Assembly: GCF_018977255.1 (NCBI RefSeq)
Contig: NW_024704742.1
Location: forward strand, 79,796,001 to 79,860,000
Direction of reading: 5' to 3'
Source of the DNA: Callorhinchus milii
Lineage: Eukaryota
DNA: 64,000 bases
Part shown: piece by piece, positions 51,891 to 64,000 of the stretch
How positions within the stretch are numbered: position 1 is the stretch's first letter
How the letters are laid out: every line of letters starts with the position of its first letter
The notes under the pieces: model-generated
Seen by the model: only the letters and a program-made list of their open reading frames with translations
Database searches by the model: none
What the model was told of the DNA's origin: nothing
Made by a program: the position numbers and the translations under genes

Positions 51891-52033
51891 TTGTTATTTG
51901 TGTGGTCAATCCCACTTAATTCAATACCTTCTACTTTGTGGTTCTTCTGGCCACAAATGTTTCCATAACTGTCATAGCCAAAAATTAGTCTCTGTGCTGC
52001 TCCTGTGGCTATTGAAAACCCACAAATACAACC
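51891..52033 (-). CDS. SLC44A1: SLC44A1 exon 3 ([31 protein letters not shown]...)
   Basis: 143 nt, tttag / gtaagt; CTL family GYDSYGNxCG motif. Confidence 0.97.
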
Positions 52034-52317
52034 CTAAAAGAGATGATATCAGAGGCTTAGTATCATAACCTAATTTGTGACAAGTCAAAAACACACAAGT
52101 TGATTCATGGTAATAATAAAATTCCATCAATTAGCAGAAAAAATATTCGAATGTAGATGTTCCCCTCTATCCCATGTGTTTATCGCGCTCATGGACCAAA
52201 GTTCTGAATTTGTTATCAATATACACAGAGCAGCTCATCACCAGATGTTTCAACAGCTACCCCTTTCTAGCAGCTTGGTATTTGTTTCCAAAAACAACCT
52301 TTCATATTTACTCTCTT

Positions 52318-52617
52318 TAATAATAATACTTGCATTTGATATAGCACTTTTCACGTCTTCTGGTTGTCTCATAGAGCTACAGAGAATATACTGTAAAGTG
52401 AATTGACTGTATATTTGTGGGCGAAAGGTGGCAGCTAATTGCGCAGAGCGGTGTCCCACAAACAGTCGTGGATTGAAGTTATTAATTTTTTCTTGAGGGA
52501 TTATTATCAGACATGTGGAGTAAGGAAACTTGCCCAAGGTTTCACCCTGCCGAGAATCGAACCCTGGTCTCTCACTTGCGAAGCGAGTGCTCTAACCACT
52601 GAGTTACAGGACACTCC
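52318..52617 (-). mobile_element. SINE, short variant, full length
   Basis: A/B boxes, Deu-like segment and tail. Confidence 0.88.
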
Positions 52618-53269
52618 ACTTTGGAAATCTAGCTGTTTCAGTCAGCTAGAGGGCAATACTTTTAAATCTTTGACCATAACGTTAAAGTCAAAAAACATAG
52701 GGCCCTGATTTCTCAGCTATAAATCCATCTCCTAGGGCATTCAAAGAAAAGTATAATCCTTGTTCTGTGCTGAGTTCGCTGATCTCAGTTCTGTTTGCAT
52801 TAGCTTGTGTATCAGTGCCTGAAATTGAGAGGAAAAGAGGTGGGGGAAAAGTTAGGAAAGGGCAATTTGAGAACAACTTCCCAACTCAAATCATTCAATG
52901 ATTTGTTCAAACTCGCTGTCCAGGCGCACACTGAGAATTGGTCTACCAACACTCACTGGTGGAAATATATACAACATAAGACAGGAGGAGAACACAGAAG
53001 AGATTAAAGCAAACTATTTAGTAGTCTGAAAATACAGCACATTTGTCACTTTATGCACAGGATACCGAGATCTGAAAACTCACATAATGACAAACAAACA
53101 GACTCAAAAAAAGACTGAAGCAAACACCCAGAACACAGACTTGCATGAAAAATTACCAAAACATCTTGATCAACAAAAACTGGGAAGGGGTATTAAACCA
53201 GGAACCACAAATACATGAATATATAAAACAGAACCATGAATCAAATGGTTAGTTCCTGAAAGTATTGAA

Positions 53270-53778
53270 GTGAGGAAGGTCAGCAAGCAGTTATTCTTTT
53301 TCTGGAATAATTTGGAGACCATGCACCTGGACTGAAGAATGGCACCTGGACTGAAGAGACTTAGTTAGAACAGAATGGGCAAAAGTGGGGCTGCACTCTC
53401 TTGAACAGAGGAGATGAGGGTGATCTAATCTAGGTGTAAAGGGAAATAGCAGAGTGGATAAGGAGAGATTCCTTCCTATGATTGCAGAATCTAGATCAAG
53501 ACGACAAATCTAAAATTGAGAGCCAAATCCGTTAATAGAGGAATCAGGAAATGTTTCTTTACTTGGAGAGTTGTGTGATTGTGCACTTCAATTCCTGGAA
53601 GGATTGTTAAAGCAGCGATGATAAAGGAAAGTAGATAAATATTTGGCTACTATGTAGATTTATCTACTTGATATATGAGTATGATAAAGGCAAGTGGTAT
53701 TGGGTTACAGATCAATCATGATCTAAGAAATTGGTGGAGCAGGCTCAATAGGCCAAATGACCTACTCCTGTTCCTATG
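53270..53778 (+). mobile_element. Degraded CR1 3' fragment
   Basis: Ends in GGCCAAATGACCTACTCCTGTTCCTATG, like the end of the 59170 copy. Confidence 0.7.
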
Positions 53779-54381
53779 AAATAAATCAAAAGACACTATT
53801 TTGGAGGCTGTTTGGGGGAAATGTTATCCAAGGTTGGACCAAATCTTGAACCTAGCATTGAGATTATATATAGTACATATGCTGAACGCTTTCAATCATA
53901 CAAGCATTTGTCCAATAGTCGAGGTGAAAGTGCTGGCATCACATTCCTCAACCAAAAGATTTTAATCATCGGAATTCTACCTCTGTTGAGCCATCAGCTT
54001 TTGCCAACATGATATCCAATAGAAAGGGAAAACATTTATTTTCTATTCCAACAACAGGTTTGTCAGAAGTAATTCACTTCTTCAGGAACAAAGTGTGGAA
54101 CTGGATGTTATAAATGTGCCAAAATAACTAAAGAAAATAATAATAATTCTTACATTTGATATAGACCTTATCAAGTCATTGACTCGTGTCAACGTGCTTC
54201 ACAGAATATATTGTAAAGTGGATTCACTGTGTATTTAGTGGGAGAAACGGTGCGGGGGAAGGAAAGAGTAATGGTTTAAAAAAGTTATAAGGATTAAAAG
54301 AAATGTTATAGCTGCAAAACAGCAGATGAAGTACGCATCAAAATATCTGTCTATTTTCTAGAAAAGTCAATCATAACTTAC

Positions 54382-54471
54382 CATTCCAATACAGAACAGG
54401 ATAAATATCAGTAACCATGGTATGTCTGTGCAGCTGCGTTGCTCTAATGGCTTCCATGCTCTAGTGGAGCT
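54382..54471 (-). CDS. SLC44A1: SLC44A1 exon 2 ([30 protein letters not shown])
   Basis: 90 nt, gcag acceptor / gtaagt donor; CTL family RSCTD motif and first TM helix. Confidence 0.97.
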
Positions 54472-55520
54472 CTGCAACACAGAGAAGAATTGAAAAAAAT
54501 ACTAAATGCCACTGTTGTCATCATATGCCATAAAATAAATCAGCTTCTTGAATTCAACAATGCCGCAATTATTCAAAATTATTCAATCAGTCAGTTATTC
54601 CAAAATAGTTTGTATAAGTTCACCAGTACCCTCACTACAAAGACTCTCAGTTGTAGAACTCCCATCAAAGTCTCAACTCCAATTTCTAATTTTAAATCTC
54701 AATTTCCCTTTTTAGGTCTCCATCACCACAGAATGCACAAAGTAACTTTTCAAGGCCTAAATATTATATGCATGACAGTCACTATAATTGGGATTCATAA
54801 GGAATGCCCCAATACTCGATTCCTCAGAACCTTTATGAGGAGAATGTGTGAGTTTTTAACCCCAAAGTCTAACCTTTCAGACCCACTGCTAAACTTTATT
54901 TGAAATCTCTTAAATCATTCAATACAAGCAAATAAAGTTCATTAACATAGAACGGGCAGTATACTAAGTGTTGAATTAAACACATTCGGAAAGAGAGAGG
55001 GAATTTCAACATGATTCCATACATTAATCAATATGGCCCTATTTTTCTCTTACAGTCTAACCAGATTCCATTTCTTTAACATACTGAAGTTAACAAGGTT
55101 GGCCATACTCATGGATATCTGAGAGGACCCCTGCATTTCGCTCTTTCTTCCTTCCCCCCACCACCAAGAATACTGTCTACTTTTTGCAAATGCAAACATT
55201 TGAATAATGTTTTTGGTGCTCAACACATGTTCAACTCAGTATCACAGATCACTGGATGTAAAACCAGTTTTCTCTTATGTGCTCCATCTCTATAAGGAAG
55301 GGGAAATATAAGTTTCCACCACTGATTCATGTGGTTCATCATAGTTTCCATCACTGATTCATCATAGTTAACCATAGTTATGCTCCTCTTTAAGCTGACA
55401 AAAGATGCATGTTAAAACAGTATATGTAAATCTGAAAGTTTATCAAATTGCAGTTGCATATCAAATACAAATTTTCTATTGTGCCCTTCTGAAAATCAAC
55501 ACCTGCTAAATCTATACACA

Positions 55521-55855
55521 TTTTATCACGTCTTTGAGGTGTCTCAAAGCCCTTCACAGATTATACTGCAGTGAATTGACCGTATTTTGTGGGCAAAATG
55601 TGGCAGCCAATTGCGCACAGCAGTGTCCAACAGATAGTCGTGGATTGAGTGACCAAATTATTATTATCATTTTGTTTAAGGGATTATCCCCGGAATAGCA
55701 ATCCGCCAATCGACTAACAACCAGGTTCCTACTTACTGCTAGGTAAATAGAGGGGTGTGGAGTAAGGAAACTTGTTTGTTTCACTCCGCCCAGGAATTGT
55801 ACCCAGGTCCTCTTGCTTGCGAGGCAAGCGTGCTAACCACTACGCTACAGGACTC
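55521..55855 (-). mobile_element. SINE, long variant
   Basis: A/B boxes and long internal segment. Confidence 0.85.
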
Positions 55856-56267
55856 AGTGCTGTAGAATGCCAGACCTGGCCATCTTTCAGTTTTGTTTTT
55901 GAGCAGTTTGCATCTCCCTCACAGGAGGAGAAACACCCGCCTTTCCCACAAATTGCTGTGGTAAAGAGTGAAAGATTCCAGGACAGGCAGGAGCTTGTAT
56001 CTTAAGATAGAAGTAGGTACTGTATTTAATGTTTTATTTTGGAGTCTACTATTTCTGTAATAATCCTAATGATGGCAAAACAAATGGTCGGATCCAGTCA
56101 TTTCCTTGTTCCCATTTGGAAAAAAATACTGTCTGCAAATTCACAGTATCTAGAAGACTAAAATACAAAGGATTAACAATAGACTGTGGACTTTAGGGAT
56201 GGGTGACCTGCAGAAGTGGAAGGAATTGGAGCAGGAGCTACTGCGTTTTCCAGGGCTATCAGGAACC

Positions 56268-57676
56268 TACAACAACAACAACTTGGATTCATATAGCGCC
56301 ATCCACGCCGGACGGCATCTCAGATCGCTTCACAGTAACAGATCCTGGGACTGAGCCAGGGCGAGGGGGAGGAAGGTGACCAAAGGCGCGGTCAGAAAGA
56401 AAGGTCTTCAGCAGAGACCTGAAAGTAGGAAGAGAGGGAGCGAGATAAAGGGAGTGAGGAAGGGAATTCCAGAGCATCGGGGCATAGTGGCTGAAAGCAT
56501 GGCTGCTGAGGGTGGAGCAGAGGACTTGGGGGACAAGGAGGAGGCCAGACCTGGCAACGGGCAGTGTTTTGAGGAGAGAGGTCAGAGAGGTAGGGGGGGT
56601 GCAGAGGAGTGGAGGGATTTGAAGACAAGAGTGAGGATCTTGAAGTTGATCCTCTCTGGGACAGGCAGCCAGTGCAGTCTGGCAAGGACTGGGGTAATCA
56701 TTGACGAGAGTGGAGTTTGGTGCGGGTAAGAATGCGGGCGACAGAGTTTTGTATGATTTTATGAATGGTAGTGGGTGGGAGACTGGCAAGGAGGGCGTTA
56801 GAGTAGACCAGCCGAGAGGTGACAAAGGCATGGACCAGGGTTTCAGCGGCTTTTGGAGTGAGGTATTGGCAGAGCCGGGCGATGCATTGGAGGTGGAAGA
56901 AAGCAGTGCTGGTGAGGGACCGGATGTGGGGAGGAAGGATGGGGGTCGAACCTGATGCCTAGGTTGCGTACGGGTTCGGAGAGTTTTAGGGGGATGTCGG
57001 GTAGGTGTAGGTGTAGATCAGAAAGAGGAGGGGACCAAGGATGGATCCTTGTGGTGCCCCACAGGTAACCGAGTGAGAGTGGGAGGAGAAGCTGTTTGTG
57101 CAGATGTACTGCTGGCAGTTTGTGAGGTGGGACTCGAACCAGGCGCGTGCGGTTCCACTGAGGTGGATGACGGAGGAAAAGCAGTGGAGGAGGATGGCGT
57201 GATCGACTGTGTCGAACGCGGCGGAGAGGTCCAGGAGGACAAGGAGGCAGAGGGAGCCCTGGTCACAGATAGAGAGGATGTCGTTTGTGACTTTCACAAG
57301 CGCAGTCTCTGTACTGTGGGCAGGGCGGAAACCGGACTGGAGGGGTTCGAAGAGGGAGTGGGAGGAGAGGTATGCGTGAAGTTGAACGGCAACAACCTGT
57401 TCTAGGACTTTTACGAGGAAGGGCAGGTTAGAAATAGAGCGGTAATGGCTGGGGTTTGAGGAAACTTGGGAAGGTTTTTTTGAGGAGGGGGTGATGACAG
57501 CAGTTTTGAGGGAGGCAGGGACTGATCCGGAGGAGAGGGACTGGTTGATGACATCAGCCATAAGTGGTAAGAGGAGGGATAGCTGAGTGACCAGCAAGTT
57601 GGTGGGTAGGGGGCCGAGGCAGCAGGTGGTGGGTTTCATTGAGGTGATGGTGGGTGAGAAGGAGGAGGGAGAGAGT
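56268..57676 (-). mobile_element. L2 LINE (RT N-terminal half + 3' end) with an internal deletion of the YADD region
   Basis: YRSISNLPFLVKVLE, QSGFRPAHSTETAL, LDLSAAFDTVDH and GAPQGSILGPLLF in ORF 56986..58104. Confidence 0.92.
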
Positions 57677-57689
57677 GTGCCTACCAAAG

Positions 57690-58020
57690 ATTGTGGCCTA
57701 CTCCTGGAGCTAATAACAATGTGTTTCCTTCCAAGGGGCAGAGCATCATGTGGACGTGAACACGTTCTGCTAATGACAGAGCATATTCGCAAAGTACACC
57801 GTCGCAGTGGCAATGTCACTACTACAACAAAGGCTCTGTGGTGGAATTTTATGCAACACAACAGATGATTGCACTTGGACCAGTCGAGTATGAAATGATC
57901 CCCTAGTTGTACAGGTTGTATGGGGCCAACAACTATCACATTACTCCATGGCATCCAAGTGGGAACGAACAGTGGAAACAGTTCCGTTGCATGCTGTTGG
58001 ATATGCTCAGACTCCAGAGG
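57690..58020 (+). mobile_element. Gypsy/Ty3 LTR retrotransposon integrase relic
   Basis: Frames give LLELITMCFL..GREHVLLMTEH..TTTKALWWNF..LHLDQ and LYRLYG...ITPWHPSGNEQWKQFRCMLLDMLR, matching the integrase core pattern ([48 protein letters not shown]). Confidence 0.75.
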
Positions 58021-59169
58021 GAAGACTGTGTGTCCGGGAAGCTTAGAGATGACTTCTGAGTATTCAAACCAGTGTTCTTCCTCATACATCTGTGCTGTAA
58101 GCAAGAAAAGTGCTGCAAATTTATTAATGGTTCACTGTTTAGTTGTAACTGGATTTCTGCTGCTTTACTTCACACTAACTGAATTGAAAAACAAAATAAT
58201 CTATTAGGCGCTCTTATACTCTTACCCAGCTGACGGAAAGGAAAAAGGTTCTTGTGAGTGGGTTTGTGGTTACAGGACAGCCCTCCACCAACTTGCTTTA
58301 ATTATCATTCTTCATATATTGCACATCAAATTCCAGCCAATTCTAATCTCATCTGATATCAAGCGCATTTTCAATAGGAACAGGAATTATGAGTTAATTA
58401 TCAAAAGTAGGTGGAAACCTTAACTGAGATTTACTTCCCCCCTAATTTGCAAACATCCCCTTATGACCAATTCTAGCTCCTGTACTGCTTCCTCCTCTAA
58501 ATTCGGCTAATAGTTTGGGGAATTTCTGGTCTGTATCCAGATATGACATCTGGCTCTCATTTACTTGGCTTTCCTCACCTTCGCAACATTGCCCATCTCT
58601 GCTTCTAATGTTTGATCAGGACAGCTCGAGCACTCAGGAGATTGAAGTAAAAAGGCATTCCACTTTGTAATAAATCCAAGGACACTAGACCCTAAAACCC
58701 TGAAAAGAGAAATATTACCCAAAGGCTACAGTAAATGAGTATACTTCACACAGAAACAGAGGCCAGAAAGAGATATTCAGTACAAAAGTGTTTACTTAAC
58801 TATTAGTTGGCAATCATCTCACATGCACAATTCTCAGCAATGCAGTAATTGTGTTGGACACTGTACCTACAAGTTACAAGTGATTTCAGATAGACAGCAA
58901 AAGCAGCTTTTGTTCAACAATGTTCGCTAAAATTGTAACAAAGTAAACAACTAAGTAAATATTGCAATATCAGATAACTGATACCACTTCCACTATTTTA
59001 GATCACGACCGACGACTTTCATCATCAACCATGCTTATGGTCACCTCCTCCCTTCCCACAGTGTTAGGCTCTGCCACTGCTCCAAGATGCTGCCCATGTG
59101 AAGGGTGCTATATAAATGCAAGTTGTTGTTGATGGGTCTTGGGAGTGCCAGGTTTTACAAAACTATACA

Positions 59170-60041
59170 GTACAGTAAGTTACAAAGGACTTGGACAGAT
59201 TAAGTGAGTGGGCAAAGCTGTGGCAGATGGAGCTCAATGTAGGGAAGTGTGAGGTCTTCCACTATGGACCGAAAAAAGATAAAGCAGAATATTTTCTTAA
59301 TGGGGAGAAATTAAGAACTGTGGAGGAGCAAAGGGATCTGGGTGACTATATCCACAAATCACTAAAAACTAGTTCCCGGGTGCAAAAGGTAATCAAAAAG
59401 GTGAATTAAATGTTGGCTTTTATCTTAAGAGGTCTGGAATACAAAGGGGAAGTATTGATGCTTCAGCTGTATAGAGCATTAGTCAGACCCCATCTGGAGA
59501 CTGTGTTCAGTTTTGGGCACCACACCTCAGGAAAGATATATTGGCCCTGGAGGGGTACAGCGCAGGTTCACCAGAATGTTACCAGACCTTAAAGGGTTAA
59601 GTTACGAGGAAAGGCTGCGCAAACTTGGATTGTATTCCTGTGAGCTTAGAAGGTTGAGGGGTGATTTGATTGAGGTATTTAAGATAATGAAGGGATTTGA
59701 TAGGGTCTATACAGAGAAGCTATTTCCTCTGGTGGGGGAATCCAAAACATGGCGCAGTCTTAAAATTAGAACCAGATCATTTAAGAGTGAAATCAGGAAG
59801 CATTTTTTCATTCAAAGGGTGGGAGAAATCTGTAGTTCTTTGCCCCAAAAGGCCGTGAATCCATAAACACCTTCAAGAATGAGGTTGATAGATTTTTGGA
59901 AGATTTTTGGTGATATGAAGGGATATGGGGAGAAAGCAGGAAATAGGAATTGAAAGGATTAGTTCAGGTACAGATCAGCCATGATTTAACTAAATGTCAG
60001 AACTTGCTCGAAGGACTGAATGGCCTCCTCCTGTTCCTATG
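59170..60041 (+). mobile_element. CR1 LINE 3' ~870 bp
   Basis: DRLSEWAKLWQMELNVGKC, LYRALVRPHLE, LSYEERLRKLGLYS..RRLRGDLIEVFKI; CR1 3' UTR. Confidence 0.92.
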
Positions 60042-62181
60042 TTTAACAAAATGTAGCACCTATGCTGTGTTTTCCACTTTGAAGTTTCATTCTACACATG
60101 ACACTAATATTGCAAAGCTATGTGAACCATTTTAAATCAAAACGTGGAAATAAAACTCATGGTTTCCTTAACACCAACACCACATATTACAGCAGTACTG
60201 TATCGTGTTCCTCAAGTAACGTTGGCTACTGCTACAAACCCATACATATAGCATTTCTCAACAAATACAGCAAAGGCAACAGAAAACCAAAATAGACATC
60301 TCCTGAATCCTTCGAAAAAAAATAATAAATCTAATTATCACATTCACACAATCATGCATTCTGAGCTGTGTTATCACTCGACATTTTTTTCCAGAATCTA
60401 AACTATTCTCCACGTAAAAATTAATTGTATCCAGCAATATCTACTAAAAATGCAACATTCCCACTCTCAGGGCAGACAAATCCAAACAGTAAGCTTTTGA
60501 TTTCAAGTATAATAAAAGGATAACATTGTTTCACAATGCAAAGCAGCAACACACCATAATTTCTACAAGAATTCTGCAGTAAGTTTTAATGCTGTGCAGC
60601 TGCTTATTGGGCTGTGATGTAATTTTTTCATTGCTCATTTTCATTAATCGAAAACTAATAATTTTTGTTCATCTGAAAAACTGCTGCAGGATTCTGCAAC
60701 CACAGAAAAGCTCAGCAATGCAAAAGTACTCCCAGCTAACTTCCTCACCCATCAAACTAATGCACAGTTATTTGAAATTAAAAAAATTATGAATTATGAA
60801 TGAAAGTGGATTGCAGATGAACACGTTTAACTCCAATTCTAGTTTCATGGTTCAAAATTAATAACCATGCAACTGCTGGTTTAAATCCTCCAGATTAAAG
60901 TTCCAGATTTTTTGAATTCTCCTAATCATAGTGATACATTTCCAAATGTGTCAAGACAACCAGCTGATCCAAAACAAAACAAATCCACACAATGAATAAA
61001 CCATGCAACTGCGATTAGTATACAAAAGAGAGATGGTGGAAATGCATAGTGGGTCAATCACCTACTGCAAGAGAAAGACAGCTTGAAGTTTGGAGTGGGA
61101 CCCAGTTTTTAAATTTTAAAATGTTCAGCATAACTACTGTTCTTTTCAACCCACAAATTTGTTTCTGCACTTGCAGCTGGCAAGCGTTTGAACTTTCCAA
61201 CAGGCGGTGGTGAGAACAGAAGGAGCTTTTCTTCGAATAATGAGAATGTGCAACATTTGTATCTTTACTTGGCATTATGATACACAAGCTCTTTGATTAA
61301 ATTATTACTGAGACTTTTCCCCTCTGAGTTTTCAGGGCAGTCTTCTTGCATTGATTAATATCCTTTTGCCCACAGGCATCACATTCCCACAGATGCGAAT
61401 TAGCCAATTTCACTGCGTGAACCGCAAGTGAAGGAATTTTCACCCAAACCACTTCGGACGTGTTAATCCAAAGCATAATAATGGAAATTATTTCTAACTC
61501 AAAACAGTTTTTAAAAAAAAGTCGCCCTCCCTCTGCTTACACGCTCCAACAAAAAAATAAACAGCTCTCAATGTACAGGTCACAGAGAAAAAAAACTTAC
61601 TACCCAAGCAATACTTTCCTGGGCTCCTGGTTGTCTATCTGTCTGTCTGTTTGTCCTATCTCTGGAACAGTGAGTAAGGAGCTTACAACAGAATCTTATG
61701 ACTAAAGTTTTATTGTAATCAGATTATAAATCTCACCTCTCTATAAATAAAAGTTCAGGCAAGATTGTAACCAGATAACAATTCCCAAGCCTTCCTGCCT
61801 CTGTCTGAACTCCTTTTCTTATCAACCGCCCACTTCAATACCTCAGCTTCACTTCTCATTCCTCTCTCATGCACACATAAACACATGCACAAACACTTTT
61901 ATTTATTTTTCCTACTTACACACTATTTTGCTCAGATACATATACACTATTTTCTCACACCTGCACACGCGGTTTGTTTTTCTCTCTCTCACACTCACAT
62001 AGTTTTTTTAAATCTTTCTTACACATGGTTTATTTCTCACTCTCTCTCTGGTTATGCACTTCCTCTCTCTCACACCCAGTTTATTTCCCATAATTCTCTC
62101 TAATATATATCATACAGACTACAGACGCTCCATTGTACATTACAGTATAGTCTCTCTATTGTATTGTGTATGTTACAGTTT

Positions 62182-62447
62182 GCAGACTCTCTATTGTATA
62201 TTATACAGTATGCAGACTCTATTGTATATTATACAGTATGCAGACTCTATTGTATATTATACAGTATGCAGACCCTCTATTGTATATTATACAGTATGCA
62301 GACTCTATTGAATATCATACAGTTTGCAGACTCTCCATTGTATATTATACAGTATGCAGACTCTATTGAATATCATACAGTTTGCAGACTCTCCATTGAA
62401 TATCATACAGTTTGCAGACTCTCTATTGAATATTATACAGTATGCAG
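62182..62447. repeat. 28-30-bp minisatellite (GCAGACTCT(CT)ATTGTATATTATACAGTAT), about 9 copies
   Basis: Directly visible tandem array. Confidence 0.95.
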
Positions 62448-62561
62448 TCTATATTTGTATGTAGTATATTAGAGCAGGCTCACTGTTATAGAGTGTATGT
62501 TAGTGTGCAGACTCCCTGTAGTATGTTAGTGTGCAGGTACAATGTAACATGTTACACCAGG

Positions 62562-62998
62562 CTGGCTGTGGTGTGGTGCAGGTTATGGCTGTGGTGCTGT
62601 GTGTTATGGCTGTGGTGTGGTGCTCTGTTATGGCTGTGGTGCTGTGTTGTGGCTGTGGTGCTGTGTGTTGTGGTGCTGTGTTATGGCTGTGGTGCTGTGT
62701 GTTATGGCTGTGGTGCTGTGTTGTGGCTGTGATGCTGTGTGTTGTGGTGCTGTGTTATGGCTGTGGTGTGGTGCTGTGTTATGGCTGTGGTGCTGTGTTG
62801 TGGCTGTGGTGCTGTGTTGTGGCTGTGGTGCTGTGTTGTGGCTGTGATGCTGTGGCTGTGATGCTGTGTTGTGGCTGTGATGCTGTGTTATGGCTGTGGT
62901 GCTGTGTGTTGTGGTGCTGTGTTGTGGCTGTGGCTGTGGTGCTGTGTTGTGGCTGTGATGCTGTGGCTGTGGTGCTGTGTGTGTGAGTGAGTGAGTGA
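62562..62998. repeat. GT-rich minisatellite (GTGTTRTGGCTGTGGTGCT-type units)
   Basis: Directly visible; abuts the exon 1 donor. Confidence 0.95.
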
Positions 62999-63003
62999 CT
63001 GAC

Positions 63004-63027
63004 CTCTCGGCTGCTCACACAGCCCAT
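63004..63027 (-). CDS. SLC44A1: SLC44A1 coding exon 1 (MGCVSSRE)
   Basis: ATG GGC TGT GTG AGC AGC CGA GAG followed by GTCAGT donor, phase 0, joining exon 2. Resembles the MGCC.. N-terminus of CTL1 (Gly2 myristoylation motif). Confidence 0.85.
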
Positions 63028-63135
63028 GTCTCTCTCCTTCCCTCCAGATTGCTGCCGACAGTCCCGCAGTTGCACTCATTTCCGGTAAAGGATGATTTCC
63101 GGGACCAGCGCAGCAAATAGCAGCTCAGATACAGC
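63028..63135 (-). promoter_or_regulatory. SLC44A1 5' UTR / proximal promoter with two ETS-type motifs
   Basis: Short CpG-containing unique segment upstream of the ATG with ACCGGAAAT (63086-63078) and CCCGGAAAT (63103-63095). Confidence 0.5.
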
Positions 63136-63139
63136 AACA

Positions 63140-64000
63140 AACTGAGGGACACTGAGATACAGAGAGACTGAGAGACAGAGAGACTGAGATACAGAGACTG
63201 AGATACAGAGTGAGACTGAGAGACAGAGACACTGAGAGACACTGAGACTGAGATACAGAGTGAGACTGAGAGACAGAGACACTGGGAGACAGAGACTGAG
63301 ATACAGAGTGAGACTGAGATACAGAGAGACTGAGACTGAGATACAGAGTGAGACTGAGAGACAGAGACACTGAGAGACACTGAGACTGAGATACAGAGAG
63401 ACTGAGACTGAGATACAGAGTGAGACTGAGAGACAGAGACACTGGGAGACAGAGACTGAGATACAGAGAGACTGAGATACAGAGTGAGACTGAGATACAG
63501 AGACTGAGATACAGAGTGAGACTGAGACTGAGATACAGAGTGAGACTGAGAGACAGAGACACTGGGAGACAGAGACTGAGATACAGAGAGACTGAGATAC
63601 AGAGTGAGACTGAGATACAGAGAGACTGAGACTGAGATACAGAGTGAGACTGAGAGACAGAGAGACTGAGATACAGAGTGAGACTGAGAGACAGAGAGAC
63701 TGAGATACAGAGAGACTGAGATACAGAGTGAGACTGAGATACAGAGAGACTGAGACTGAGATACAGAGTGAGACTGAGAGACAGAGACACTCAGAGACAG
63801 AGACTGAGATACAGAGAGACTGAGATACAGAGAGACTGAGAGACACTGAGACTGAGATACAGAGTGAAACTAAGATACAGAGAGACTGAGATACAGAGAG
63901 ACACTGAGGCTGAGATACAGAGACTGAGATACAGAGAGACTGAGATACAGAGAGACACTGAGGCTGAGATACAGAGTGAAACTAAGATACAGAGAGACTG
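63140..64000. repeat. Complex hexamer-based satellite (ACTGAG/ATACAG/AGAGAC modules)
   Basis: Directly visible; runs to the window end. Confidence 0.95.

Noticed and set aside
56986..58104. 372-aa ORF as a host gene
   Set aside because: Chance fusion of an antisense Gypsy relic and an L2 RT fragment lacking YADD.
62182..62447. CRISPR-like array
   Set aside because: Head-to-tail tandem units without unique spacers, in eukaryotic intronic context.
62054..63846. Long Cys/Val/Ser/Leu-rich ORFs
   Set aside because: Translations of minisatellites.

Overview
Vertebrate genomic DNA, most likely a cartilaginous fish. A holocephalan such as the elephant shark is suggested by the tRNA-derived Deu-domain SINE, L2 and CR1 repeat landscape; this is inference, not a database result. 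The window holds almost all of SLC44A1 (choline transporter-like 1) on the minus strand. It has 15 GT-AG coding exons from 63027 to 26579 (645 codons, phases all compatible), and the terminal exon is unresolved. Downstream, also on the minus strand, are the first two coding exons of a secreted protein with a divergent laminin N-terminal (LN) domain that I cannot assign to a known laminin or netrin; it runs off the left edge. The rest is intronic or intergenic: many SINEs, L2 and CR1 fragments, a hAT MITE with a perfect 8-bp TSD, a Tc1/mariner non-autonomous element, a Gypsy integrase relic, a 123-bp hairpin, local duplications, and minisatellites flanking SLC44A1 exon 1. Most ORFs in the supplied track are repeat-derived or spurious.
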